A stretch of DNA of 55,517 nt, counting the filler, from Sphacelaria rigidula (lineage: Eukaryota), in NCBI GenBank assembly GCA_964200075.2. It is 3 parts of 3 records of this genome, joined end to end, with 100 filler letters (N's around TTAATTAATTAA, not from the genome) between each part and the next. Parts side by side here need not be neighbours in the genome. Positions count along the whole stretch, not along the records: positions 18,542 to 36,981 come from CAXNAA020000857.1; 2 more parts are not named here. The stretch is one strand, 5' to 3'. A program made the position numbers and the translations under genes. The notes below the pieces were generated by a model that worked only from the letters and a program-made list of their open reading frames with translations, did not search any database and was not told where the DNA came from. How positions within the stretch are numbered: the stretch's first letter is position 1; each line of letters opens with the position of its first letter. Shown in pieces: positions 24,901-37,081 of the stretch.

Positions 24901-25892
24901 TGAGTTGGGCGCAGTCTTGTCTCCTTCCGAAGAAACCCGCATACGCAATCTTTTACAACCCGTGTACCGTGTACCATCGATGTTTCGCCTCTAAACACCC
25001 CGCCCACGCCTCCCCTTTACGTAGCATCTCGTGTATCCGTGTGGTATCGCAGAGTTGATCTGTAGACGCGTTGTGTATTTATGGTCTAGGTTTCATCTTC
25101 CTCATTTTTAGCTGCTGGCACCATTCTCGATAGTGCTGACCTCTTCTACAGGAAGTTTCACGACTGATCCCGATTGATTTCCTTTTCATTTGGAAAATAC
25201 ACCGTAGAAAACGGCATGCGTATTCTCTCCTGCAGGGCAGAAAGAATTGGTTCTGATCAATTAGCTGTACGAAGGTCTGGAATTTTACCCGGTGTGTCAC
25301 ATCATGAGTAGTTATCGTCTTTGCATTTTCACGGTTGCTCCGGCGTTCGAAGCGTTTATCAGTTTTTCATTGAGGTCCTTCAGGCGGCGAGCCTGATTAC
25401 ACTGACTGTAGTACCTGCAGGTGATTAGTGTAGAAAAGTGGGAAATTTTGTGAAATACTCCGCGCGCCGTATAGTGCTCTCAACTACCTCCCATTGAGCA
25501 ATATCTTCCGAAGTTCTCACAGTATGTACAGGGCTGCGCATCTCCTACCCATTGAGGAAGGGTAGAGATCTCACTACCGAAATAATCCGGTGCAGGCCGA
25601 GAACTTTCATCGATGTTTGCACGAAAACGAAGTGGCATGGGCCAATGACGTGCCAGGCGCATGCACTGTCTGTAATCTGTCCGTCCAGGATCCCCACTTG
25701 CGTGCAGCAACCGTTCGCCGTTTTCCTCAGCAGACCCAGTTGTCATATTCTCGAGGGATCTTCAATTTGCAGGATTCCTACAAACCACGTCAACCATCAG
25801 CATTATTACACCCTGCCACACCGTCCCCATTGCCGGTGTATTCCGAACAGGTGTACGAGATCTGTACCCCTGATACCAGTTGATAGCAGAGG

Positions 25893-28800
25893 ATGAGTGC
25901 GCATAACCGGCGAGTAGATTTTCTAATACGCGGCCACCAGGACTCTATGGGTGTCCGTCAATGGAGATCTTTGAGAAAGAAGCGTAGCGAGGGGGGGCGA
26001 GTCGGAGCGCGGCGGCAGCACCAACACAGGAGCGTCTGCACTGGCCAACAGGCACAAGATCCGACACCACTACAAATGGAACAAACGAAAGGGCGAAAAG
26101 TGATCCGAATGTTGGAAGGTTGGCTGGGGCGCAACAAGTCCGTGGGGAAAGGCAAGAAGGCGACTTTCCATTCGTTTGGCGAGCCTATTTCTGTTCCTGC
26201 GCAATCTTTGGGGCTTAAGGCAGCAATTTCGCCTTCGTCTAGCCTCGTGACCACCCCTGAAACGGTTGTCGAGGAGGAATCTGGTTCACGACACCGAAAA
26301 CGCGTTAGCTTCGATTTGGAGGTCACGGTAAGCTTCACGAACAGAGTAGGCACAATGTAGTGAGTGGTCCGTTGTGTGTTGATTTTTCCCCAGATCGGTT
26401 TGCATGCCTCCGTGACGTAGAATCCACAGCTCGCAGCGGATGTGTTGTGCTCCCCTGAAGAACTTCCACCAGATACCAGATATGAATGCTGGGTCCGAGT
26501 ACTTGGTTTGTTTCCGCAGGGCTGATCAGCTTCAGAGGTTCTCCATCGCCATGTTTTGGTGTGCAACTCACTCTGCTCAACCTATAACCTCAGAGCTCGT
26601 CGCAAAATTTGAAAAAATGATCACCACTATCCGGCTGTTTGCATGTTTCAGTTCTCTCCAAACAAATCCGTTATGATGATTTTTGGTTGTTCCTTTGTCA
26701 TCTGGTAGCAGTCGGTAGGCGTACAGCACGTTCAAAGCGCGATGGAAAAGAAACGCGATAGACAAAGACACCACCCATCTTGACACCGAGCCTTGGATCA
26801 AATTATGGATCATCAACAGATACAGCACAGTTAGGTAGACTTACTGTAGTGTTGGAAGAACGATACATGCATTCCCTCATCATTTTTGGGCCGCCTTTGT
26901 AATGTCTGTTTATCTTTTTGGAAGAGTTTCGTCGACCATGAGACCGAGGTTATCCCACGAGGCTGATTAGCATGTAGGGTCGGAGCGGTACGTCTATCTC
27001 CACCCGGGAGTAGGGGGGATTCCAGATTCATCTGTGGTCACGTTGCGCAACTGCCCGCGATAGTGCCACATTCATTTGCTAGTGCCACCTTGACTGATAT
27101 GTTCGGACGCGTTGAGTTTTTTCAGTAGTGTGCACAACCTAGTCGTGAGAAACCGCCGCCGCGTAAGGCAACAATCGATGCAGTGCAGTCCACCCAGTAC
27201 AGGGTGGGATATCTGGGCATCAGACCCTAGTCTGGGTGAAACTGCCGTTCCTTATTTCATCCATACCGATGAATGTACACTTGTTATCCTTTCGAGTTGC
27301 CTCGTGCAAACAATTACCGCGCAACTCATGGCATAGAGACAGCACCTGACACAACAGGTTCCCGACGGTCGTGACGGCCTCACTTGCCGCTGTGTACAAT
27401 TTTCACCACTTGTGCAATCAACAGTTGAAGTTGGAAAGTTTTCCTCAGGTTCTTCGTTCAATACCTGTGATCGAGGGCAGTTGGGCGACCTGCTTTTCTC
27501 ATCTTCAAGGAACAATGGTCTGCAAAACTGTACATGAAATGCAGAGCATTGTCGTACCATGCACTAAGGATGGTGCGCTGCTTTGTTCTCTGGTGGAACT
27601 GTTCTTGCACCGTCTCACGGGGTATTGTCCCCATTGCACTCACTTCTGTGTTTTTCGTTTCTCTGAGCCTGGGCTGGATTTATGCGGTCAGCTAATGTGA
27701 GATAATCGATCAATCAATTAATTTAACTGCCCTATAATTATCATTAAGTCAACACTGCAGTTGCAAACGAAATCGATGACGACAGATATTCATGTGTGTG
27801 GTACAAACGTACGTATCACGTCGCCTATTGTCAGAAGTGATGAGGTGTAACCGTTGACTCAAGTTTCTCCGAAAAATCATCGGTATACCGAGTAAATGTG
27901 AAAGAGCACGTACCCACTCTACACTACCTACCCAAGCTTGCACGCTGTGTCGGCAGAAATGACTCCTGCAACCTTGCGGACTTTTCATCACAGGTGTTGC
28001 TCGTAAGAGCGCGGGCATGTCTCATCAGAAGTGCAGCACAACCGCGAAAAAAACAGCCGTCCGAAATCCCATTTTCATCCCTAACTGAACGTGTAACGAA
28101 TACTCGTAGTGAAGTTCAGTCTCCGTTCAGTGACGTTTTTGCAAGACCAGCAGTGGTCAGATCGACCAAGAAAAGCTGTTCTTTCTCAATTGGATGGGCG
28201 GCACGTGTATTGTAGCGTCACCCATGCACATCAGGGCATTTACCATCCTCGTTAGCCTTAACTTCAAAGAACGACTTCATCTGTAGGAATATGCCGTGGC
28301 ACGTGTCATATCCTTGATCGTATCTCCCTCTAAACTTCATTCACCCATCCACAAACCACCGACGCCAACCAGTCCCTTCCCGGGAAGCCCAGCAGCGAAC
28401 GCCTCACCAGTGATTCTGCTGCACAGCATCGTATTTGACAGGACGATATATTGTCTTTCCCTTGCTCAAAAAAAAAAATCAACCATCCAACCATCCATCC
28501 TCAAACAATCTTTAACTTATTTAATTAATTTATTAATTATATTATCATGTATTTGCTCTTGAAATAATAATTCTCGATGCCGTTGCTGTATGTCACTACT
28601 ATTATTGTAGCGGTATCCAGTGATGAAGAGTAGGTGTGCGGTGTTGAACGCGTAATATTGAGGAAGCGCTGGCGTTCGCCAATATACGAGCTGTTGAGCA
28701 TTTAACGTCTTCGGTATGCAGCTCATGTGAGACACGGGACAAACTTTTGGCATTCCCTGGCTTGGCTGTTCCCCCACGTACTGCACTGTTTGTCTTATTG

Positions 28801-31800
28801 TAGTATTTGAGCTCCTGCCGAATCTGAAAAGAGCGACAGCTGACAGCAGGGCAGCATGGTCATTTTATGTGGCGTGGTATCCCATTCTTCTTGATGTGTT
28901 GCACGTCTACAATTCAACGGGTGGGACAAAACTTCACCAGCTGAGGCACTGCCAGCAGATGAGCTAGCTCATCCAAATATGCACCGTAGGACTTGGATAT
29001 ACATGAAATTGTGTCCTGAGATAGCGTTGCCCTGGTGTCACATCAATGTACCCCAAACGTGCATGCCGTAACGGCCCGCACACTCGCAACCCATAAAACA
29101 GATACTCGTAACCCTTACCGTTCCAAACTTTGATCCAAAGTCCACGATCCGTACACGGTTCAGAAAAGTGCAGGTAGCACTACTCATTATACGATCAAGA
29201 GTACATCGTCCTGTCCACATTGTAGACCATAACCGCGGCGTACCCCCACCCCCCCAGGAAAGAATGGTACATACTCATGATATGACGTGGTCAAGCAGAG
29301 TAGTGTGTACTCGAGCTGATGGACATGATTATGGACAGTCTTCGAGTACTGTCTGTGTCACTGCGCGAATTGCTGAGTTGTCAGACCTTTTACGGCTCCT
29401 TGGCTTATCGTTGTCTGTCGCGGATGTTCATACATCACACATCGATTGTAAGGGGTAAACAGATATATTGCATAATGTGGTCGTTGATTCCACTGAACCG
29501 TACGTTGGGTAGTTAACTTGTGGCCACCAAAGGCGTCCGCGTCAGATGTATCCAGTGCGGTAGATATCGGAACGGTTTAAATGTGGAGGCTGCAACAATG
29601 CGTACAACAGTACTGGGCGCCTGAACGGTTACATTTATTTTGTTTTTCTTCGTATGGGCGATTTTCTTACGCTCTTTCGCTTGCCACCGATCATCACATC
29701 GTGGATCTGAAAATACCTACATCCGTTCCACACCCATCACATTGTGGATCTGAAGATACTTGTATCCGTTCCACACCATGAGGAAAAAATCATCTGTACT
29801 GTACTCAACTGTGAGTGATTCACGGGCTGACCCAGGTTGTCGGTGGTCCTGGTACGTTTTAGTCCAGATTCTGACTCTTCGATATTTCCGGTCAATCGAC
29901 CCTGCCTGTCCCGATTGTATTTGTAAAGAAATGTACATTTTTTTTTCATTAAGTTTTCTACTAATTGCACTGGAGCCGAACTGTGTTTTACGGTCAAAAA
30001 CTCTATCCTCGTGAACAGGTATTTACTCGTATCGCCTGATAAAACCAGCTAACACCAACTTGGGTACTGGGAGGGAAGACGACCTGGTTATTTTATCAAA
30101 ATCTGCCAACGCTAGCACTTTCAAATTTTATGGAAGAGTAGTCGCGAGAAAAAACCCTTCTGAACAGGAAATAGGTCAAGCGCCCAGTACTGTATTTCAT
30201 TTAATCTCATAACAACAACAACAACGTATGCCATGATGATACGCAGATGACTACGTAGATGTGGGGTATATCGAGGGCGCAGGGCACAACCCTCAATTAG
30301 TGTTGCCGAGGTGATACGAAGTAGGCGCGCGATAATCATAGCAGTGGCGTGATGTCGCGCGATATTGGAGCGCTGAAAGAATCAGTCTTGCGCGAAATTG
30401 AAAAAAAAAAATCGGAACAGAAATGGAGCTCCTTTCATCCACTCGCGTACTGCTGCAACGCCCAACCCCAGCTCTAGACGCATGGACTTGTTGGTTGTGA
30501 TCTGCATGAGATATTAGCGAAGTTTCAGCTCATAGTAGCGACGACAGCGCGCGCACGACCGTACCTCTTGGTCTGAGCATATCTACAGTCGATACCGGAA
30601 TGGGCTTTCTACATATTGTCACCACCCAGAGGCGGCGCCAGAACTAATATATGTTTGATTGCGAGCACTGCAACCTCCCAGGTGGTCATAATGCGGAAGT
30701 GGGTGCGCTAACATGTCCAAATTTGCGATCATTCACGGTGCACAGACTCTCGGCCGCGAGATGGTCTATTGGAGGGCATACAGACGGTGTTGCTCAAAAT
30801 CGGAAGTCGCTTGCTACAATTTGCTCGGGGAAGGAAAGGGGCTGTGCCTCGGTACATACACTGACAGTGGTGTGCCGGACTGGTGCACCAAGTTTCACGT
30901 TGGTGCCTGCAGCGACGGTCGAGTACTTCACAATCAAGAACGAAGTGCAAAAGTCGAAAATGGCACCGGTCAACCGTCAAAAATGCACCAGCTGCAGTTA
31001 CGCTGCATAATCCTCGTACCAAACCATACTGGCGTAACCGCTGCGCCCTTGCGGCAGCACAGGAGATATGGGGACGAGTGTACAACCGTACTTGCCAGCA
31101 CTGTGTGTTTGCCTTCGCCACATCGCCCAAGGCTGCTGCGGGAACTCCCGATGGAAGGCCTAAATGGCCTGATACCGGCTGAAGGCCACCATAGACTCAG
31201 AGCCGCCTTTTTCGGGATGGATCAGGGTGACGTTGAATCGTGTCACCTACTGTACCGCAACAGATCACCTTGTATTATATTTGAAGGTAGACAGGCAATC
31301 TGCTGTTACTGGGTACGGTACCCACGACAACCTTAATACGGCCAAACAGATATAGGTGCGAGCAACCACTTCCGCGAGACGCACCAATCGAGTACCAAAA
31401 ACGCCCGTTCAAGACTCTTCCAGCCACTGCCGCACTCAGTGCAATCAGTGACCAAGTGTGTGCCTTTTTTTCGCCCTGCTGTGGATATATATTCAGCACA
31501 CTATCGTGTACCCCTTGCGCCTGAAGGAAGATCGACAAAATTAACTGTCTTGTGTTGAACATCACCCCTTGCATCCTTCAACCACTGCTGCTCGCTGCTT
31601 TGTCCCTACAGACCGTAATCATCGCTCAGATGAGTAAGGAAGACCTGGATAACACTTTTTACACCCGGAGAGAATTTTGCGCTTTCAAAGACGCTTACCG
31701 CACCCACCGAGATATGCCCCACTGGTCTCGGGAAAACGACGGTTTGCCTTGCAACTGCAAGGCGTGCTCAGATGACGGGAGCGCGGACGGGGACTATCCG

Positions 31801-32256
31801 CTTTACGAGGCTCCTGAAAGTCCGCCAGTATCACCGCCGTCCTCGCTCCTTCTCTACTGTGATGAAGATGAATCAGTATCTTCTGTGGAGACCACTTCTG
31901 CCTTGGCTTCGCGACAGGAAGGCGTTTCGAAGATTCAGGCGGACGAAGGTCATGGCACCACAATTCCCGATTACGACGAGCCGCCCTCTCCGGTAGGCGC
32001 TACTTTCGGAGACGGAGACGATGGCATGCCGGGGTCAGCTCCACCGGGGCGAAGAAGCGGTCTCGATGCCGTCATCGCGCGGACGCAAGGAAAAGCGCTT
32101 TCACGGAAAGTCAGCTGGGAACGGCGAGGGGTGTCGCCAAACGTTGTACACGCCGTAGCGGAATATGGGGAGGAATACGCCTACAAGAGGCTCCGCCTAC
32201 AGGGCTTTAGCGATCATTACATCAGAGAGCATTTCCTTCCAGCAATGCCGACATGA
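25893..32256 (+). CDS. Hypothetical ~359-aa protein with RVxF-type (PP1-docking-like) motifs; two exons
   Basis: Exon 25893-26327 ends ...RHRKRVSFDLEVT|GTAAGC. Exon 31612-32256 follows a pyrimidine tract and CTACAG| in phase 0 (TVIIAQMSKEDLDNTFYTRREFCAFK...). The join reconstitutes a VxF..V....S.E.....[WF]Y..EF motif typical of ochrophyte hypothetical proteins. The start codon (25893/25947/26076) and the 5.3-kb intron are inferred. Confidence 0.62.
29520..29600 (+). repeat. Short retroelement 3' terminal motif copy
   Basis: AAGGCGTCCGCGTCAGATG...AGATATCGGAACGGTTTAAATGTGGAGGCTGCAAC matches the minus strand of 17775-17865. Confidence 0.55.
29692..29778. repeat. Tandem duplication, ~42-bp unit x2
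   Basis: CATCACATCGTGGATCTGAAAATACCTACATCCGTTCCACAC followed by CATCACATTGTGGATCTGAAGATACTTGTATCCGTTCCACAC. Confidence 0.85.
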
Positions 32257-33680
32257 GCAGCGAGTGGTACGGCATAGCGGATGTTTCCCGGGCCTCGTGT
32301 CGGAGTGCTCACGTTGGTGCTCTCAATGTTGGGCTTCGGGTCGGAGAAGTTTTCACGCTTTGATGTTTTTGTGGGGAGTTCAAGGGGCGGAAGGAGGGAT
32401 GTAAAGACACGGCGGAAGAGGAAGGGCTGGGGGTTGAGTAATCTAGTTCCAAGAATATTTATGTTGTGTGAAACGTCGGGCATGTGGCACTACCTATTAC
32501 GTGGTCAACATGAGGATGGACCGCACCGCAATCATAGTTGCAGTTCTAGATTTCTTCGCATGGTGCAGCGTGTTTCCGGCGGTATCGAGTATGCGTGAAG
32601 AGTGAGTGCTGGCGCAAACATGTATAGCTTTGAAGTGCAGGGTGTAGACTTGACGCCTTGATGACGGAGGAGCGGGGGCATCCGATCTAGAAGATATTGG
32701 GGGAAGGATTTGTATACTGTAAGGGTTGACGTTATTCCGTCCGCTCCTATGAAAAGCAGACGCGGGTGGGGCGTAGGTTCGGCAAGATGGAAGTATTAAT
32801 CCTCTGCATGGCATGTAGAGAAGAACATAGAGTTTGTATATGTACATCTGCGTAAGTGGGAGTTTGCCCAGGGTTGGAGATGTGGCGACCGGGTTCAGGC
32901 AAGGGCGCCGCTGGGTCTCATGTCGATACATTTCTTCTTTTTTTTCATGGCATATCAGTGCTGTTCCAGGGGCGCCTGGAAACCGGGAAAAAAGCCCAAG
33001 ATACATGAGTGCGTGCATGTCTCACTACAGTGGAATGGCAGGTGTAGGTTAGTGCTACAACTGCTGCACTCCAGCCTGAAACATTTCTGTTTTTTTACGT
33101 GAAGTCTGTGTTGCGGCAGTACCCCGCGTAGAAAGCGAGACAGACCCGCGAGTTCGGCCGACGTGCCTTCGTTGTGCACTACACCGTACCGTGTAACGGA
33201 TGTTATCCGTAGTCAACAGGCGGCACTTCTTTTCTTCTCTTTTCTCGTGCGGAGTGCATCAGTGGCATTTCTGGTAGACATTACTTTCACGTGCCGAAGC
33301 ACCTTCTCCGGGAACGCTCAAGCCACCGCTTGGGATAGGAGTAGTTCAGAATTGCTGGCGGCGGATATGTTGTCTCGAGTAGAAAAAAGCCATAGCATAC
33401 CATGAGGAAATGATTGGGAAGGTCGTGGAGACGGGAAAACACCCAGGCGCGTCATTTTACTTCGGCGTTTGGGGCTTGTCAATGTTGCAAGTTTGCGTGT
33501 TTGACGACCAGATGGAGCACGAAAGGGGTTGTTTGATATAATAGCCACGTGCCACACACGTGCACATGAGAAAATTGTGCGTACATGCTGTGTGCATGTC
33601 TTGGGAAAAACATGTCTCGTGTCTGTTGGTGTTTGTTTGTGTCTCTAATTTTTATCGCCGTGTTATACGTGTGCGCGCAT

Positions 33681-33920
33681 GTATGTGTTTGAAATGTGAG
33701 GGCAAGTCACGTGTATATGTATGCGAGTTTTCAGGCTGCGCATTTGATTGATGAAAGTTCGTTTAGAGCCTGGTGTCTTGCATTACATACAGAACATCTG
33801 GTATGTGTTTGAAATGTGAGGGCAAGTCACGTGTATATGTATGCGAGTTTTCAGGCTGCGCATTTGATTGATGAAAGTTCGTTTAGAGCCTGGTGTCTTG
33901 CATTACATACAGACCATCTG
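33681..33920. repeat. Near-perfect tandem duplication, 120-bp unit x2
   Basis: 33681-33800 equals 33801-33920 except for one substitution near the end (agaacatctg vs agaccatctg). Confidence 0.95.
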
Positions 33921-35902
33921 GCGAAAAACATTGTATTTACTTTGTCGTGTGGGGTTAGAGGCGACAGCGTAACTTATCTATATCCGAATAGACGGTACAT
34001 GTGACACGTTCGTGATGCAGTGTTTCCGCCGCTTCCGTAAGTTACTGTAGTTTACATCGTGCTGTTGGAAAGGTACCTACCGTTGTATCTCGGTCATGTC
34101 TGACCGTACAGTACATGTAGTTTTGCCAAGCAATGCGTGTGCGAAGCAAACCGTATCGGGTCTTGGCAAGATTGAGTACTACAAAGGGAAGACTTCCTTG
34201 CAAATTTCTGACTAATCACGAAATTCGGTCGATGTATCATTGATCGAGAACCCTCGATCGACGGGTGGCGTCATCTATCGTCATGAAATATTTTACGGGC
34301 CTAGAGACTTGAAACCATCATCGATGATTGTCTCGGGGGGGGGGGGAGAGGGGAGATTCCTCTCCCATACATGTATCGTGTTGCTGGGTATTTATCGATT
34401 GGGTTCATAAATTCCGAGCTGATGAATCGAGTCATGGTTTGCCTTGTGCGACCAAGCAGGACATCTTCTCTTTTCTAATTACATAATAGTTGTTTGAGGT
34501 CCGTTTGTTGTCTGTGGTGTCGAGTGGATGAGTGGGTGGGAGGTGCACAGGCAGCATTGCTGTCGGAATGGATTTCGAGGAGGTATGCCGTTCAAGTTTG
34601 GAGGGGAGAAGAATGAGGATTCATATATACCGGGATACTTTCTACCACAAATGGACACGATCCTTTGTCTGTGGAAGTAGTTTTCATTCATATCTTGCCA
34701 GTTACCGAGTCATGGGGAAACGTGCACAAACCAGGAGTTACTTGTCTCGGTGCCGTATCACTGGAATCATCGAGTATGATGGACATGATGAAAAACGTTG
34801 TCAGAAGTGATAATGGTGCATTCTCATGAGCGGTGATCAACGAGCCATGACTTGCGTGATTTCATGGTCCTTCCTCTTGCCACCATATAACGGGGTATCC
34901 TGAAGAAGGGGAACTAAATCGTCGTATGAGGATGGAAAAAAGAGGTTTGGAATTATGGGACATGGTGCTCCGTGTCCTGCGAAGGAGGGGGGGGGGGGGG
35001 CGACCTGGAAAATAAATACATGGAACCACCCGTTTGGCCGATCCCCTGATAACATGATGAAGACACGACGCTCCCGATCAGCGCTGTCGGTACATTATTG
35101 TAGACTTTGTTCTTGGAAACCGAGAGCACCACTGCAAGTTGGGCCGGCCAAGAAACTCATGGTGCCACATGGCCAGTACTAGGAGTGTTTTCGTGAGGTT
35201 GAGACTACAACGTCGATCGAGAGGGAGTTTTATTGTTCCTTCCAGCCTGGCCAATTGTTCAATGTGAGTGCTCTTCTTAGCCTGTAACACTATCGTATGC
35301 TTACAGCTGAACGTCGATATCCTACTTGAGGATATCAAAGGCTTTAGTGGCGACCATCAGGCGTCGTGGAAGGGCATTACGGAACTGGAACATTTCCTTC
35401 ATTAATTAACCGCTTCTCACTCTCAATCTCACAGAAGCATTGTTTACTGTGATTTCATCTCTCAGTAAAGCCGAGTATTCAACGGTAGAGGGAAGTCAAA
35501 ATCGCCATGTTTGTTACAGAGCAAGGCACGACGTATGTTTTCACTGGTGCCCGCTGTGGACAGCGAAAAACGCAACGAGACGTGTCGCCTGTCGCCTGCG
35601 ACAACATCCCCCCAACTGCAACATATAACCCTGTGCGAGGTCGTTCTACGAAACAACCACCCTGACCTAGACAACGGTAGGGGAAATGAGGGGCGGCGGT
35701 GCAACCGCTCGACACAGGCGCATAAGCTCGGTCACATCCTCATGCTGTGGTGTCTTTACCGACGGGAATCAAACACATCGCAGGGGAGGGAAACAACACC
35801 GGTCCGTCGGGAATCAAACGTTCGACCCTCCACCCTGGAGGGCGTAGCAGTTGTTCTCACAAACGACAGTAGTGTTGGGTATTGCAAAAAAAGAGCGCGG
35901 TA

Positions 35903-36370
35903 TTGTCGTTGCTGTTGTTGTTGTTATTGTTGTTGTCGTCGTTGTCGTTGTTGCTGCTGCTGTCTTCAATTAAAAAAAGCGTTCCAATATCTGCGCAGTA
36001 CTTCTTTCTTCCGTGCTACTGGGCACCTGATGCGGACGTCTTCCTTGGTCACCGGCAGACTACCCAAAACAAGGTTTCTGAAGGGGGATTCTGAACCCTT
36101 TTCACCGGAAGGATTTTCCCCAGGAACGCTCGAACTTAGACAAAAAAATACCCCCCCTCTTCCCGCCGGCCTCGTTTTCTCCTCTTCGACTCGATTTTTT
36201 TCCCGGTCTCGATTTTTTTCTCCTTCCCCTTCCCCCGGCGCTCTCCACCTTTTATGGTGCCCGGGGTTGTGCGGAATCGTACTCCCTATGTCGCTTGAAA
36301 TGGGCCGCCTTTTGTTGGGGTTTCCTGCAGTGTCTGCCGTCGGCCCTCGAAGGTACATTCTGGGAGAAAC
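35903..36370 (-). mobile_element. Retroelement (SINE/LINE) 3' part with a degenerate (CAA)n tail
   Basis: GTT/GCT/GTC microsatellite at 35903-35962 abuts GTCTTCAATTAAAA...TACTGGGCACCTGATGCGGACGTCTTCCTTGGTCAC, homologous to 17785-17868. The right (5') boundary is uncertain. Confidence 0.55.
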
Positions 36371-36384
36371 ACGTTCATGAGATA

Positions 36385-36803
36385 TGGAACGTTTTTTTTT
36401 CGGGAAGGGAGGTTTTCGGTGATTTGTACCGAGACGGTCGAATCGTCCGAAACGGCCGTCACCCCCCCCTGAAGGCCCGTGATCTGAGGGGAACTTCGGT
36501 GCAAAATATGTATCACATCGACGTGGTCAGTGCAGAGTCATGAGGGAAAATACGCCCAAAAAAGAAAACGGAAGGTTTTGCACATTTTCGGCCGTATCTT
36601 ATGGAAGGCGTCACCGACTTCAAATCTGATTGCGCCACAATTCCCGTCAGATTATGAGCTTTTAGGGGGGTGGCGGCCGTTTCGGACGATTGAACCGTCT
36701 TGCGGTGTAAAGGACGATTGAACCGTCTTGCGGTGTAAAGGACGATTGAACCGTCTTGCGGTGTAAATCACGAAACCTCCCGTGCCGAAAACAAATCCGT
36801 TCC
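36385..36803. mobile_element. Foldback/MITE-like element with long imperfect inverted arms and an internal 28-bp x3 tandem repeat
   Basis: Left arm GGAGGTTTTCGGTGATTTGTACCGAGACGGTCGAATCGTCCGAAACGGCCGTCACCCCCC is the reverse complement of the right arm GGGGGGTGGCGGCCGTTTCGGACGATTGAACCGTCTTGCGGTGTAAATCACGAAACCTCC. GGACGATTGAACCGTCTTGCGGTGTAAA is repeated 3x at 36684-36767. Confidence 0.7.
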
Positions 36804-36874
36804 TAATCTTCCGAACATTTTGGGAAGAGACGTGCTCTGAGCGGTGAGGTGTAGGGCATCTTTTTCCATGAAAG

Positions 36875-36981
36875 TTTTTTTTTCTCCCTCACACTTTGAT
36901 TGCGGTGGTAACCATGATGGTAGTCGACCTAGATCATGTTGTGCGGCGTGGGAGAACCTCAACTCCGCACAATGGGGATGG
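36875..36981 (-). repeat. Dispersed repeat 3' end (family of 15975-16360), cut by the gap
   Basis: Matches 15995-16075. The minus strand ends TCAAAGTGTGAGGGAGAAAAAAAAA. Confidence 0.6.
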
Positions 36982-37081
36982 NNNNNNNNNNNNNNNNNNN
37001 NNNNNNNNNNNNNNNNNNNNNNNNNTTAATTAATTAANNNNNNNNNNNNNNNNNNNNNNNNNNNNNNNNNNNNNNNNNNNN
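36982..37081. other. Assembly gap / contig linker (N-run containing TTAATTAATTAA)
   Basis: Same 100-nt construct as 18442-18541. Confidence 0.97.

Noticed and set aside
35511-36380. 289-aa ORF with a poly-Cys stretch
   Set aside because: The Cys run is the translated GTT/GCT microsatellite tail of a retroelement; no coherent protein.
36684-36767. 28-bp perfect repeats resembling CRISPR repeats
   Set aside because: Head-to-tail with no spacers; they sit in one arm of an inverted-repeat element.
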